From a virus, in the UHGV virus genome UHGV-0306641: a stretch of 64,000 nucleotides of DNA. One strand, given 5' to 3'. The translations under genes were made by a program, and so were the position numbers. Below, one piece after another: positions 46,134-54,485 of this stretch. Each line of letters begins with the position of its first letter. Positions within the stretch are counted from its first letter, which is position 1. The notes beneath the pieces are model-generated. The model was not told the DNA's origin. It saw only the letters and a list, made by a program, of their open reading frames with translations, and ran no database searches.

Positions 46134-46426
46134 TATTTATCCTCCTGCATTTGCGGTCCATACACCGGAAACATGCGTACAATATTCACTTTTGAAAACG
46201 GGAAAAGCTGGTCATACGGGTAGTTTGCTGGGAGTGAATCTTCGTTAACCCACATAAGTGGCTCGGCTGTTAAAGCTGCCAGTGTGATTTCAGCCAGGCG
46301 AAGATGAATTCTTGCAATCTCAGAGTTGCCCGGTAATCGGGTTACGGCCCCCTCCAGCACTTCAATATTTTTTCGCGCCTGTTCAATCAACTGCTCTTTG
46401 GTAAATTCTCTGGTAATAATTGTCAT
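46133..46426 (-). CDS. hypothetical protein (97 aa)
   Basis: ORF. Confidence 0.5.
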   Translation of the reverse strand: MTIITREFTKEQLIEQARKNIEVLEGAVTRLPGNSEIARIHLRLAEITLAALTAEPLMWVNEDSLPANYPYDQLFPFSKVNIVRMFPVYGPQMQEDK

Positions 46427-46629
46427 GGGTTAGTCCTTGAAATTTTATGACCTGGTGCGAAAGCTCGTGTCCTGTCTTTGCTGATACGCCAGCCATGTGA
46501 CCGCGCCTCTTTAGCGCAGCTGGACCACGACGAACCAATGTACTCGCCAAAATCAGGGCTTCCCCATTCCTTTGCTGTGCATTCCTCACAGTCACAATGA
46601 AGATGAACGGTGTAATTTGCAGCTATCAT
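46423..46629 (-). CDS. small zinc-binding protein (68 aa)
   Basis: HCDCEEC motif. Confidence 0.45.
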   Translation of the reverse strand: MIAANYTVHLHCDCEECTAKEWGSPDFGEYIGSSWSSCAKEARSHGWRISKDRTRAFAPGHKISRTNP

Positions 46630-46630
46630 C

Positions 46631-47065
46631 TCACTCCCCCTTCACGCCAATGCCAGCGGCGGCAAGTGCTTCACGAAACGCACCAACAACTGCACAGGTG
46701 TTAAACATGTCATCGTTGATGCTGCCATCATCGTTACGGTAATCGGATGGTAATTTAACGGTCACCGTCCGCGCCCCCAGTTCTGCTATGCGCTGGCGAA
46801 GTGCGGCAATTTCCATCTCGGCGGCGTCGGCATAATGGATGTTTGCATGCTCTTTCAGGTGGTTACAGGCCATCATGAAGCCGCGATGATGCTCACGATT
46901 AGCTCGGCAAATTCCCTCTTCAATACGCTTCTCTGCGTCCTCCAGAGCGCCAATAATCACCTCAAATTCATCCCAGCGAATGATTGGCGCGTAAACATCA
47001 CCAGAGCCGCGCTTCAGCCTGATATCTGAAATAATCGACTGAGCCTTTTTTTTGAGTGCTGTCAT
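46631..47065 (-). CDS. hypothetical protein ending LAAAGIGVKGE
   Basis: shares 3' 30-bp repeat with gene at 47483. Confidence 0.55.
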   Translation of the reverse strand: MTALKKKAQSIISDIRLKRGSGDVYAPIIRWDEFEVIIGALEDAEKRIEEGICRANREHHRGFMMACNHLKEHANIHYADAAEMEIAALRQRIAELGARTVTVKLPSDYRNDDGSINDDMFNTCAVVGAFREALAAAGIGVKGE

Positions 47066-47250
47066 TGGGATTTCCCCTTACTCAGTTTCCGGCGACATGC
47101 GGCGCAGTCGTCAGAACTTTCGAAAGTGTCTGGTTCGCGGTCATGACCGAAGTACATCCAGCGACCACAGATGCTGGTAGCTTCATTCTCAGCGAAGAAA
47201 TGGTGTTTATTGGCGTTAACCGGCCTGGCCCATCCTGCTTTTTTGCTCAT
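47062..47250 (-). CDS. small Cys protein (62 aa)
   Basis: ORF. Confidence 0.4.
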   Translation of the reverse strand: MSKKAGWARPVNANKHHFFAENEATSICGRWMYFGHDREPDTFESSDDCAACRRKLSKGKSQ

Positions 47251-47501
47251 GATGCAGCTCCTTCAGTTTTCTTTTCGTCGACGCTCCAGGCTGTAGCCAG
47301 TGCATGCGTCACGTGATAAAACGAATGCTTGACCTTCACAGAGAAAGTTTCTCCAGTAGCCGAAACTGTCTCGATGGTCGTTAGCTCGCCGCCGCTTTCG
47401 TGGTCTGGATAGAACTGTGTAACCAAGTTGGTTTCGACAATCACCGAATCATCAGCCGTGTTCATTTTTAGTCTCATGACACTCAATTCCCCTTCACGCA
47501 A
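47247..47501 (-). CDS. hypothetical protein (84 aa)
   Basis: ORF. Confidence 0.45.
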   Translation of the reverse strand: MREGELSVMRLKMNTADDSVIVETNLVTQFYPDHESGGELTTIETVSATGETFSVKVKHSFYHVTHALATAWSVDEKKTEGAAS

Positions 47502-48109
47502 ATGCCAGCGGCGGCAAGCACTTTGCTAACTAGAACCTTGTAAGCGTTTTGAGCACGTACAGCGTCAACGGACCGCCATTTCTCTACATCTGGCAATTCA
47601 ACTTCCGCCGCCAGCTCCCGCGTTTCCATTTCATCCGGTACTACAGGCGCTGGTACGTCTTCCCATTCACGGATGACTGCCGCAAGTTTCTCGGCGTCAG
47701 ATGCGGAAATATCACCATCAATAAACATCACTGGCTTACCCTTATTCGCCTCCAGTTCTGCTATGCGCTCCTCATAGCGGGCACCAATGGAAACGGCTTT
47801 TTTAAATGCCTTGAACCATCTTGCTGAATCCTGCTTTGCTGCTTCCCGCTCATCCAGCATCGCAAGAACGTCCGGGTCGCTAACATCAACGATAGTGACG
47901 CGGGATTGTTCATAATGGTCATCCGCGATACTGCGGCCTTCTGCGTAGTGGCATCCCGTATCGTCATAGGTCGCCCCTGTACACCCATAAGTGATGCGGC
48001 TGGCAGACATACGCTGTACAGTCATTTCCGCGCCGCAAATGTGGCATTTCGGCACGGGTTTTGGTGAATAGCGCTCACGTAAAGCAGTTAAGTCGGTCAT
48101 CTGGCTCAT
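47483..48109 (-). CDS. hypothetical zinc-ribbon protein ending LAAAGICVKGN
   Basis: CHICGAEM...GCTGATYDDTGCH; shared C-terminal module. Confidence 0.55.
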   Translation of the reverse strand: MSQMTDLTALRERYSPKPVPKCHICGAEMTVQRMSASRITYGCTGATYDDTGCHYAEGRSIADDHYEQSRVTIVDVSDPDVLAMLDEREAAKQDSARWFKAFKKAVSIGARYEERIAELEANKGKPVMFIDGDISASDAEKLAAVIREWEDVPAPVVPDEMETRELAAEVELPDVEKWRSVDAVRAQNAYKVLVSKVLAAAGICVKGN

Positions 48110-48378
48110 AAACGTTTCTTTGCCTCAAATTGAAATTGGTCTTCCTCTTCCGCTTCGTGGCGATCACGTTCGCTGCAAAGGAAGTCATATTCCGTCTGGA
48201 TTTCTGCAGGCCAGGCGTCAGTGTTCTGACCGTATTCTTCCTGAATGGCGGAGATACGCTTTACACACTCGCGGTACGGGTTTTTGATGGGATTTGCTGG
48301 GGTAAGCATGGAAAATAGTTCGTCCAGGCTTCCGGCCCCCTTAATGCTGGCGATCAGCTGTTCAGCGACTTTAGCCAT
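48106..48378 (-). CDS. hypothetical protein (90 aa)
   Basis: ORF. Confidence 0.5.
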   Translation of the reverse strand: MAKVAEQLIASIKGAGSLDELFSMLTPANPIKNPYRECVKRISAIQEEYGQNTDAWPAEIQTEYDFLCSERDRHEAEEEDQFQFEAKKRL

Positions 48379-49075
48379 GGTTAGCCTCCCTGGTAGCGAG
48401 GAAGGTGGTCATCGACTTTTCGATCATCGGCGCAGCACGGTACCGGCTGATACCCCACACAATAGCGAATAGAATCCATTGGAAATGGCTGGTATACGTC
48501 TTATAGGAAATGTCAGCGCACAATTCCCATATATCTACACAGACAGGCCAGTCAGCTTCATAAACGGCGTTATATGCCAATACATCGTTATTGAAATCCT
48601 CACGGCACAGCTCGCGAACGATTTCACGAATACGGGATTTGTCACTGTCTGGTTCGTCGTCTTCGTCGCTCCAATCAACGTCTGGCTCGTTTTCGTCGTC
48701 TTCAAAATATGTGCTTAGCAATTCCTTCAAGGATGAGCAAAATTCGTCATGATCATATGACTTAGCAAGCAGCTCACGAGCGGAACAACCGGCACCAGCC
48801 TCAAGTTTTTCAGACCAATAATGCGTGTTAATCTCCAGCGTATTGCGCGCAAAAAAATCAAACATGTCGTAGGTACGGGTAAACGTCCAGGTCCCCATAT
48901 CGCCGCAGATAGTCAGATAGCCAGGCCATGTAATGAGATCGAAGTAATAGCAGTTGGTCCCCGGTTGTTGGAAACGGATGTGACGATAAACGCCGTCCTC
49001 TTTCAGAATGGTCATTTGATGGTTACAAACATCCCGAACAAATTGGCTTAAAGTGTCGCGCTGTTTCAGTTTCAT
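48371..49075 (-). CDS. hypothetical acidic protein (234 aa)
   Basis: ORF. Confidence 0.55.
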   Translation of the reverse strand: MKLKQRDTLSQFVRDVCNHQMTILKEDGVYRHIRFQQPGTNCYYFDLITWPGYLTICGDMGTWTFTRTYDMFDFFARNTLEINTHYWSEKLEAGAGCSARELLAKSYDHDEFCSSLKELLSTYFEDDENEPDVDWSDEDDEPDSDKSRIREIVRELCREDFNNDVLAYNAVYEADWPVCVDIWELCADISYKTYTSHFQWILFAIVWGISRYRAAPMIEKSMTTFLATREANHG

Positions 49076-49665
49076 TGTGTTGCATCCTTGCGAATTGACT
49101 GCAGGTAAGCTTTTAACGGCTCAGAATCACCATGACCTACACCTACACTGTCGGCTCCGAGGGGCCATGAAGCTCTTTCCGTTCCACCAGGGAAACGGAA
49201 ATAAACGACGATCTCTTTTTTGAAGTTTTGGTGTGCTGTGACGTCGGAAATGCCGGGAAATTTAGCGATCGCTTTTTCAATGGCTTCCAGCTCTGCGGCC
49301 TTTATGCGCTGACGCTCCGTTTCAGCATCAATGAGGTAATTCATCCAGCGCGCCTGGCATTCAGCGTCACAGTAAGCGGTGTCGCCATCCCACACGCGGC
49401 CCTCAGTTTCGTTATCAACGTGACACTGGCAATATGCGCATTCTTGCCACCAGCCAAACTCTTCAACCAGTGCGTAGCCTGGCACTTTCCCCAGCTCTGC
49501 ATATTTGTCTGCTCCGGGCATGCGTTTGCACGATATACCGCTAAACTCTTCTTCCAGCTCTTGAGCACCTTCACGTCGTGCCACAACATTGCTGGTGGCA
49601 AACCGGACAATGCCGTATTCATCACCCTGAATATGGAATGCTTTTAATATCTGCTTTTCCGTCAT
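49072..49665 (-). CDS. hypothetical Cys-rich protein (197 aa)
   Basis: CAYCQCH...CDAEC. Confidence 0.55.
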   Translation of the reverse strand: MTEKQILKAFHIQGDEYGIVRFATSNVVARREGAQELEEEFSGISCKRMPGADKYAELGKVPGYALVEEFGWWQECAYCQCHVDNETEGRVWDGDTAYCDAECQARWMNYLIDAETERQRIKAAELEAIEKAIAKFPGISDVTAHQNFKKEIVVYFRFPGGTERASWPLGADSVGVGHGDSEPLKAYLQSIRKDATQ

Positions 49666-49676
49666 GGTATTAGTCC

Positions 49677-50030
49677 TTATTTCGTTTGCATTCTGAGCAA
49701 TTTAAAGCCGATGTTGCATGTTTCACACCGGGCAGACATTGAGCCTGAGCGGGACTGTTTGAGGCTGTATTTTTTGCATTGGGGGCAAGTCACCTCAGTT
49801 ATCCGTATAGCCATGAGGCGATTGATTTCGTCGCGCATTTGAGGCGATTTAGAGCGGCGCTTCTTGCGTGGCGGGGCTATACCCAGCGCTTTAAGCGTCT
49901 GGTTGTATTCTCTACGAATCCAGTTGCCGCCTGGTTCATCGGCAAGGCCGTCACCAATCATGTCACCCAGTTTGATTAACTGTTTTTGAAGGTATTTTTT
50001 GGTTTCTTCGTTTAGGTTGCTGGTACTCAT
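49677..50030 (-). CDS. zinc-ribbon protein (117 aa)
   Basis: CPQCK...CETC. Confidence 0.5.
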   Translation of the reverse strand: MSTSNLNEETKKYLQKQLIKLGDMIGDGLADEPGGNWIRREYNQTLKALGIAPPRKKRRSKSPQMRDEINRLMAIRITEVTCPQCKKYSLKQSRSGSMSARCETCNIGFKLLRMQTK

Positions 50031-50662
50031 CGCGATCCCTCGCAGGTGTAGTTTTTGCAGCCTTCAAAGTCATAGGGATTCAGCTGCCAGCTAATACGCC
50101 CACAAAACGGGCAGTTCCAGCGAGTTTTGCCAGTGTTCTGGCGTTTATTCTTGCGCTTCAGGTGCGCCGGTACGCGCAACCCGGCTCCCTGAGTCATCTT
50201 GCGACGGTTAAGAAGGTTGATGTTGAAAGTGCGACGCTTTGCGGCATCCGCGACGGAGAACGGCAACCACACAAGGCCTTCGCTGTCTTCCCGCGCCGTT
50301 GTGTAGGTAGCTGCTTTGCTAAAATCAGTCGTTGGTAATGAGCCGTCTGCCAGCCAGTACACATCATTGCCGTCCCACTCTCCTTTAACGAATGCGACGT
50401 AGGCGTGGCAACCGTCCACCAGCGTTGTTTTGCCTGGAATATGCTGGTGGTCAACATGCCATACAGTCAGAGCGTCAATGCAGTCTGCAGACACTGGCAG
50501 GTCAATATCCCTGCCGTGCTCCCATGCTGATTGTGCTGAATGCAGAGTGTATACATGCGCTGAGTCAACATTGGTGCTGTAACCCTGTCCATTGGCGCAA
50601 TGAAAGGACATATTGGTTCCGGTTGTATCGCGCAGGCATGCCATATAAAAGCGATCGCTCAT
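50027..50662 (-). CDS. protein with C-terminal Lar-like CPFCG ribbon (211 aa)
   Basis: WNCPFCGRISWQ...CKNYTCEG. Confidence 0.55.
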   Translation of the reverse strand: MSDRFYMACLRDTTGTNMSFHCANGQGYSTNVDSAHVYTLHSAQSAWEHGRDIDLPVSADCIDALTVWHVDHQHIPGKTTLVDGCHAYVAFVKGEWDGNDVYWLADGSLPTTDFSKAATYTTAREDSEGLVWLPFSVADAAKRRTFNINLLNRRKMTQGAGLRVPAHLKRKNKRQNTGKTRWNCPFCGRISWQLNPYDFEGCKNYTCEGSR

Positions 50663-50958
50663 AGCGCGGCCTCCGGGCTAATGCCTTTCGGCGCAACTTT
50701 TAGCTTTAACACGACGGGGCCGTCGCGAAAGTTACCATCGACGATCCCGTCAAGCTCCTGGATCTCCTGCTTAGTCAGGTTGTGCATTTTTGCAATGCAG
50801 TAATTCCCTTTAAGAACTCCCACACCTGTCGCGCGGCAGGACGTTGAGCCATAGCTGTAACCGTGCTTATCTAGCCATTTCTGGCATTCGTTCCACGCTT
50901 TGAAATCACCAATACCACTGAAAACCTTCTTAAACATTTTCAGCCCCCTTGTTATCAA
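50659..50958 (-). CDS. hypothetical protein (99 aa)
   Basis: ORF. Confidence 0.45.
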   Translation of the reverse strand: MITRGLKMFKKVFSGIGDFKAWNECQKWLDKHGYSYGSTSCRATGVGVLKGNYCIAKMHNLTKQEIQELDGIVDGNFRDGPVVLKLKVAPKGISPEAAL

Positions 50959-51142
50959 TGGGGCGAATGGTGTCCAGCTTCAGCCGACGCTTTGTGTTCG
51001 GCGCGCCGATACGACGCCCGGTAAACTTGTCGTATGTTTCTCTTGGGCCAGCGCACCAGGTAGTTGCTGTTTCACGCAACTTGATACGCTTATCTCCATC
51101 TTTGGTAACGACTTCGCCGGTATGGGTTTTAGGCTGGCTCAT
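50930..51142 (-). CDS. hypothetical basic protein (70 aa)
   Basis: ORF. Confidence 0.4.
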   Translation of the reverse strand: MSQPKTHTGEVVTKDGDKRIKLRETATTWCAGPRETYDKFTGRRIGAPNTKRRLKLDTIRPIDNKGAENV

Positions 51143-51654
51143 GCCTTACGCTCCTGTAACTTCAAGACCTGCTTGCGATGTTCCTCACTCTGCGGAACCC
51201 CTGTGAAGTTGACTGCAATGAAATATTCGATCCGGTCTTTTGTCGTTGCGTCATCAAGAATTACTGCTGTAAGTGTCGGACGACCAAAGGACAATTGTTC
51301 TGCCCTAGAAAACTCAAACCAGAATATTTCCTCATCACCAATAACAATTGGGATCTCATTGTTGATGAACATTTTGAGCGTTGTCAGACGCTGTTTACCG
51401 TCTACAACTTCAATGTAAGGGCCGTCAGAAGCATCCCAATCAGGTGCTTTTGCTAGTGCCACACTTCCAATCGGGAAACCTGATATCAAAACACGCAGAA
51501 AAGTTTGTTGTTCTTCTTCGCCCCAAACATATTCGCGCTGATACTCAGCGCCGAAATTAAGTACGCCTCGGCGAATCCAGTCGATATACATATCGATTGG
51601 GTATTCTCCGGTTCGCGCACGAAATACTTCAGCTTCACGAATACGGTTGCTCAT
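51139..51654 (-). CDS. DUF262/ParB-like nuclease-domain protein (stand-alone, 171 aa)
   Basis: VVDGKQRLTTLKMFIN matches DGQQR(L/I)T(T/S) signature of DUF262 (GmrSD N-domain family). Confidence 0.6.
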   Translation of the reverse strand: MSNRIREAEVFRARTGEYPIDMYIDWIRRGVLNFGAEYQREYVWGEEEQQTFLRVLISGFPIGSVALAKAPDWDASDGPYIEVVDGKQRLTTLKMFINNEIPIVIGDEEIFWFEFSRAEQLSFGRPTLTAVILDDATTKDRIEYFIAVNFTGVPQSEEHRKQVLKLQERKA

Positions 51655-51887
51655 TCCGCTTCCCCTTCTTTAATTTTCCGCACCATTTCAGTCCACATAG
51701 GGGCCAGTATTTCTATCGCTTTCTCTTTGCTACCAGCTGGGCCTTCGAGCTGCGCGCGGTAATGGTCGTATGGACATTTAATGCCACCTCTATTCCAACC
51801 AAACTGATCAGCTTTCAGTGCGAACTCAGGGGTATTGCCGCAAGCTGGGCATTTAGGTAACGATTTTTGTATTTCTCCGACGTTCAT
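51651..51887 (-). CDS. Lar-like zinc-ribbon small protein (78 aa)
   Basis: LPKCPACGNTPEF...CPYDH. Confidence 0.45.
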   Translation of the reverse strand: MNVGEIQKSLPKCPACGNTPEFALKADQFGWNRGGIKCPYDHYRAQLEGPAGSKEKAIEILAPMWTEMVRKIKEGEAE

Positions 51888-51933
51888 CCTGCTTTTTCCT
51901 TATGCAAATTTGTGGCTCTGAAGCGCGTCGTTG

Positions 51934-52125
51934 TTACGATCTCTTCTGTTTTCTGCGTCCACTTTTTCGGTAACTGCTACTGCCATACACCAGCGCTAAA
52001 AGGCTCGACGCCATGGCTATTTTTCCCGCTGTTTCTGTTCCCCACTCCGCCCCCCACGCCAGGGCTATCACCAACCCCCAGCAGAGAAACGCCAGGCCAA
52101 CAAACAGCGCCCGGACCAGCCTCAT
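51934..52125 (-). CDS. small membrane protein (63 aa)
   Basis: two hydrophobic segments, basic C-terminus. Confidence 0.35.
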   Translation of the reverse strand: MRLVRALFVGLAFLCWGLVIALAWGAEWGTETAGKIAMASSLLALVYGSSSYRKSGRRKQKRS

Positions 52126-52562
52126 TTTTTAGGCCTGAAGACCTGACTCATTTCCTCTCCGCCGGTTTCAATCAGGATCTGCTTTAGCCCTTTTGATGCG
52201 GAGCCTTTGCCGCGTTCCTCCAGAAAATCGACGGCTTTTTTCGGTAGGTAGAAGGTCTTGGATACGGGGGTATCAATCTTTCTTGGCGCGCCCACGCGGG
52301 GATAGCAAACCGCTTTGATGATTTCTTTGTTATTGGCGCTGGTGGGCATGTCGAGAATTATCTTCCCGGCACGTTTAAGGATGATGCGATCCGCTAACTG
52401 CCGCGTTTCCTCTTCCTCTGTCAGAAGTTCATGCAACCGGGCATCAATAAGCCGACGTGAGTCCGTCTGGTAGTTATGGCTGGTCGCCCCAGTTTTGTAT
52501 GAAAAAAAAATCTCGTAAGCCACGGCAATTCCCTGTTGGATAATTTCAGAGTAAAGATACAT
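52122..52562 (-). CDS. hypothetical protein (146 aa), first gene of minus-strand early operon
   Basis: ORF. Confidence 0.5.
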   Translation of the reverse strand: MYLYSEIIQQGIAVAYEIFFSYKTGATSHNYQTDSRRLIDARLHELLTEEEETRQLADRIILKRAGKIILDMPTSANNKEIIKAVCYPRVGAPRKIDTPVSKTFYLPKKAVDFLEERGKGSASKGLKQILIETGGEEMSQVFRPKK

Positions 52563-52614
52563 GTAAATCTAACAAAAATAAATTAAATCTATGGTATTTT
52601 TTGAAGTGGGTTAA

Positions 52615-52634
52615 CAAAGTACAAACCGCATAAT
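52615..52634 (+). promoter_or_regulatory. class II late-promoter candidate CAAAGTACAAACCGCATAAT
   Basis: 19/19 identical to element at 22904; CATAAT -10-like; 55 nt upstream of structural gene. Confidence 0.5.
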
Positions 52635-52688
52635 CTCTACGCGTCAAAAGTAACTCTCGCAGCCGCGCCCTAAGATAAGGGCTAAATT

Positions 52689-54440
52689 GTGAGCAAAGAT
52701 ATTTCGCCTGCCCGCGCGCGAATGGATGAAATCAACCAACGCGCCGCGCGTGTCGCAGCATTCACCGTTGATATTCAAAAAAAGAATGGCGTCACCATTA
52801 CCGATCCTAACGAGCTGGCTCAGGCTTCACTGGATGCGGCATTACGTGATCCGATGTTTGAAGGTGTTGACCCACGCTTTGTGAAGCGTGTCGCGAGCGC
52901 GTGGACGTCGGCGATGATCGAGCACCAGCAACGTACCGGTGATTTGCCATCACCAGACCTGCTGGCAAACGCGCAATATTGCTGTGAAAACCTGATGTTG
53001 GAAGCCGCATCTGACAAACATGAAGGTGTTGGTCGCGCGATGTTTGAATCAGCTGCAGCTGATATGCGTACCTCTGATGGTGTTTTACGTCTGGCCCAGT
53101 TCGTAGCGCTTATCCTGCCGGTATCTTTGGGTGCAGCAACGTCTGACGCATGTACTTTCGTACCGTGCGATCGTGATAAAGCCAATATTTACGAACTGCT
53201 TAACGTCGCAGGGACGGAGTTCGGCTCATTCAAGGTCGGTGACGAGCTGCACATGCAAGCCGCCGGTATGTATTCGCAACTCAAGCGTTACTACATCTTC
53301 CCCGCAGATCTTCAGCCAGATGGTACGAAGAAAACCTTCAACTTTGGAATTAAAGCAGTTGAAGGGAAAGATATGGCTATCCGTGCCGGTCGCACGAAGC
53401 TGATCATTAACCGCCGTCAATCTAAAGCTGATGACGGCGACGGCAACCTGTATTTCAACGATAAAGATGCTAACGGGACGGCATTCTCCGCCACCTGTAA
53501 AGTTGCTTATGACAAAGGTACGGTCGCTGTCACCTTCACTGAAGCACCTGCAGCGGGTACTGAATTAGCGATTCAGCTGGAAATCAACATCGAAAAAGCG
53601 CCAGAGCTTATTCCTGTGATTAACCAGTCCATGCGTGAATGGCAGGTTAGCCCTTCTCAGTATGTTGTTGCATCCGAGCACACTGTCATGTCTGCATCTG
53701 ATGCCAGCCGTGAATTTGGCCTCAACATGCAGTCGATCCAGTTTACTGCAATGCGTAACTGGCTCTCCCATGAGCAGGACATGATGCGTCTGCGCCTAAT
53801 GGCGTTTTTCTGTATCGAAAAATACGACTTTGACGTAGCGCTGCCGGAAGCTCAGCAATATGAATCCTGGGTTGGCCTGCTTCGCCATCGTGTGAATGAA
53901 ATGAGCACGGCGATGGTCAATAAAACCCGTAAATCCGGCATTCGTGGCGGTTTTGCTGGTGGTGAGGCTGCGAACTTTATTAAGTCTCTCCCGCCGCAGT
54001 ATTTCTCCCAGGACCCGAACTACGTTGAAAGCCCTCACGTCCAGTACATCGGTACGCTGTTTGGCTACATCCGTATTTTTGAAGTCCCGACCGCTGTTTG
54101 TGACCAGTTCGTAAAAGATGGCTATGACTTCAATTCAAATGAAGTTATTTTCTACGGTCGCGGTAACAGCATTGGTGAAGCAGGTCTTATCACCGGTGAT
54201 GCCGTGCCTGCCATTCCTTATATCCACGAAACCAATCCTTCTTTGGTGAACCGCACCACTATGTGGGGATCTGCGCTTAACGAGATCCATCCGCGTAAAG
54301 GTGAAGCCTATTTCTGCAAGCTGCAGCTGACCAACGCCAAAGTTGGCGCATTCAACATGCTGAACGGAAAGAAAATCGAAGCAGGTCAACCGACTGAGCC
54401 TGAAGTGCCGGAAGTGGCTGACGCCAAATCCACCAAATAA
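52689..54440 (+). CDS. virion structural protein (583 aa; GTG start)
   Basis: first gene of tail module under conserved promoter element. Confidence 0.6.
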   Translation: MSKDISPARARMDEINQRAARVAAFTVDIQKKNGVTITDPNELAQASLDAALRDPMFEGVDPRFVKRVASAWTSAMIEHQQRTGDLPSPDLLANAQYCCENLMLEAASDKHEGVGRAMFESAAADMRTSDGVLRLAQFVALILPVSLGAATSDACTFVPCDRDKANIYELLNVAGTEFGSFKVGDELHMQAAGMYSQLKRYYIFPADLQPDGTKKTFNFGIKAVEGKDMAIRAGRTKLIINRRQSKADDGDGNLYFNDKDANGTAFSATCKVAYDKGTVAVTFTEAPAAGTELAIQLEINIEKAPELIPVINQSMREWQVSPSQYVVASEHTVMSASDASREFGLNMQSIQFTAMRNWLSHEQDMMRLRLMAFFCIEKYDFDVALPEAQQYESWVGLLRHRVNEMSTAMVNKTRKSGIRGGFAGGEAANFIKSLPPQYFSQDPNYVESPHVQYIGTLFGYIRIFEVPTAVCDQFVKDGYDFNSNEVIFYGRGNSIGEAGLITGDAVPAIPYIHETNPSLVNRTTMWGSALNEIHPRKGEAYFCKLQLTNAKVGAFNMLNGKKIEAGQPTEPEVPEVADAKSTK

Positions 54441-54446
54441 TTGCAA

Positions 54447-54471
54447 AGCGGCATCTGAACGGGTGCCGCTA
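54447..54471 (+). other. intergenic hairpin without U-tract (possible attenuator/processing site)
   Basis: AGCGGCA...TGCCGCT 7-bp stem. Confidence 0.3.
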
Positions 54472-54485
54472 ACAGGATTCTGAAC

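Noticed and set aside
52689-54440. Calling the 583-aa protein the major capsid protein or portal
   Set aside because: No recognisable HK97-fold or portal motifs were seen by eye. It is kept as a generic structural protein.
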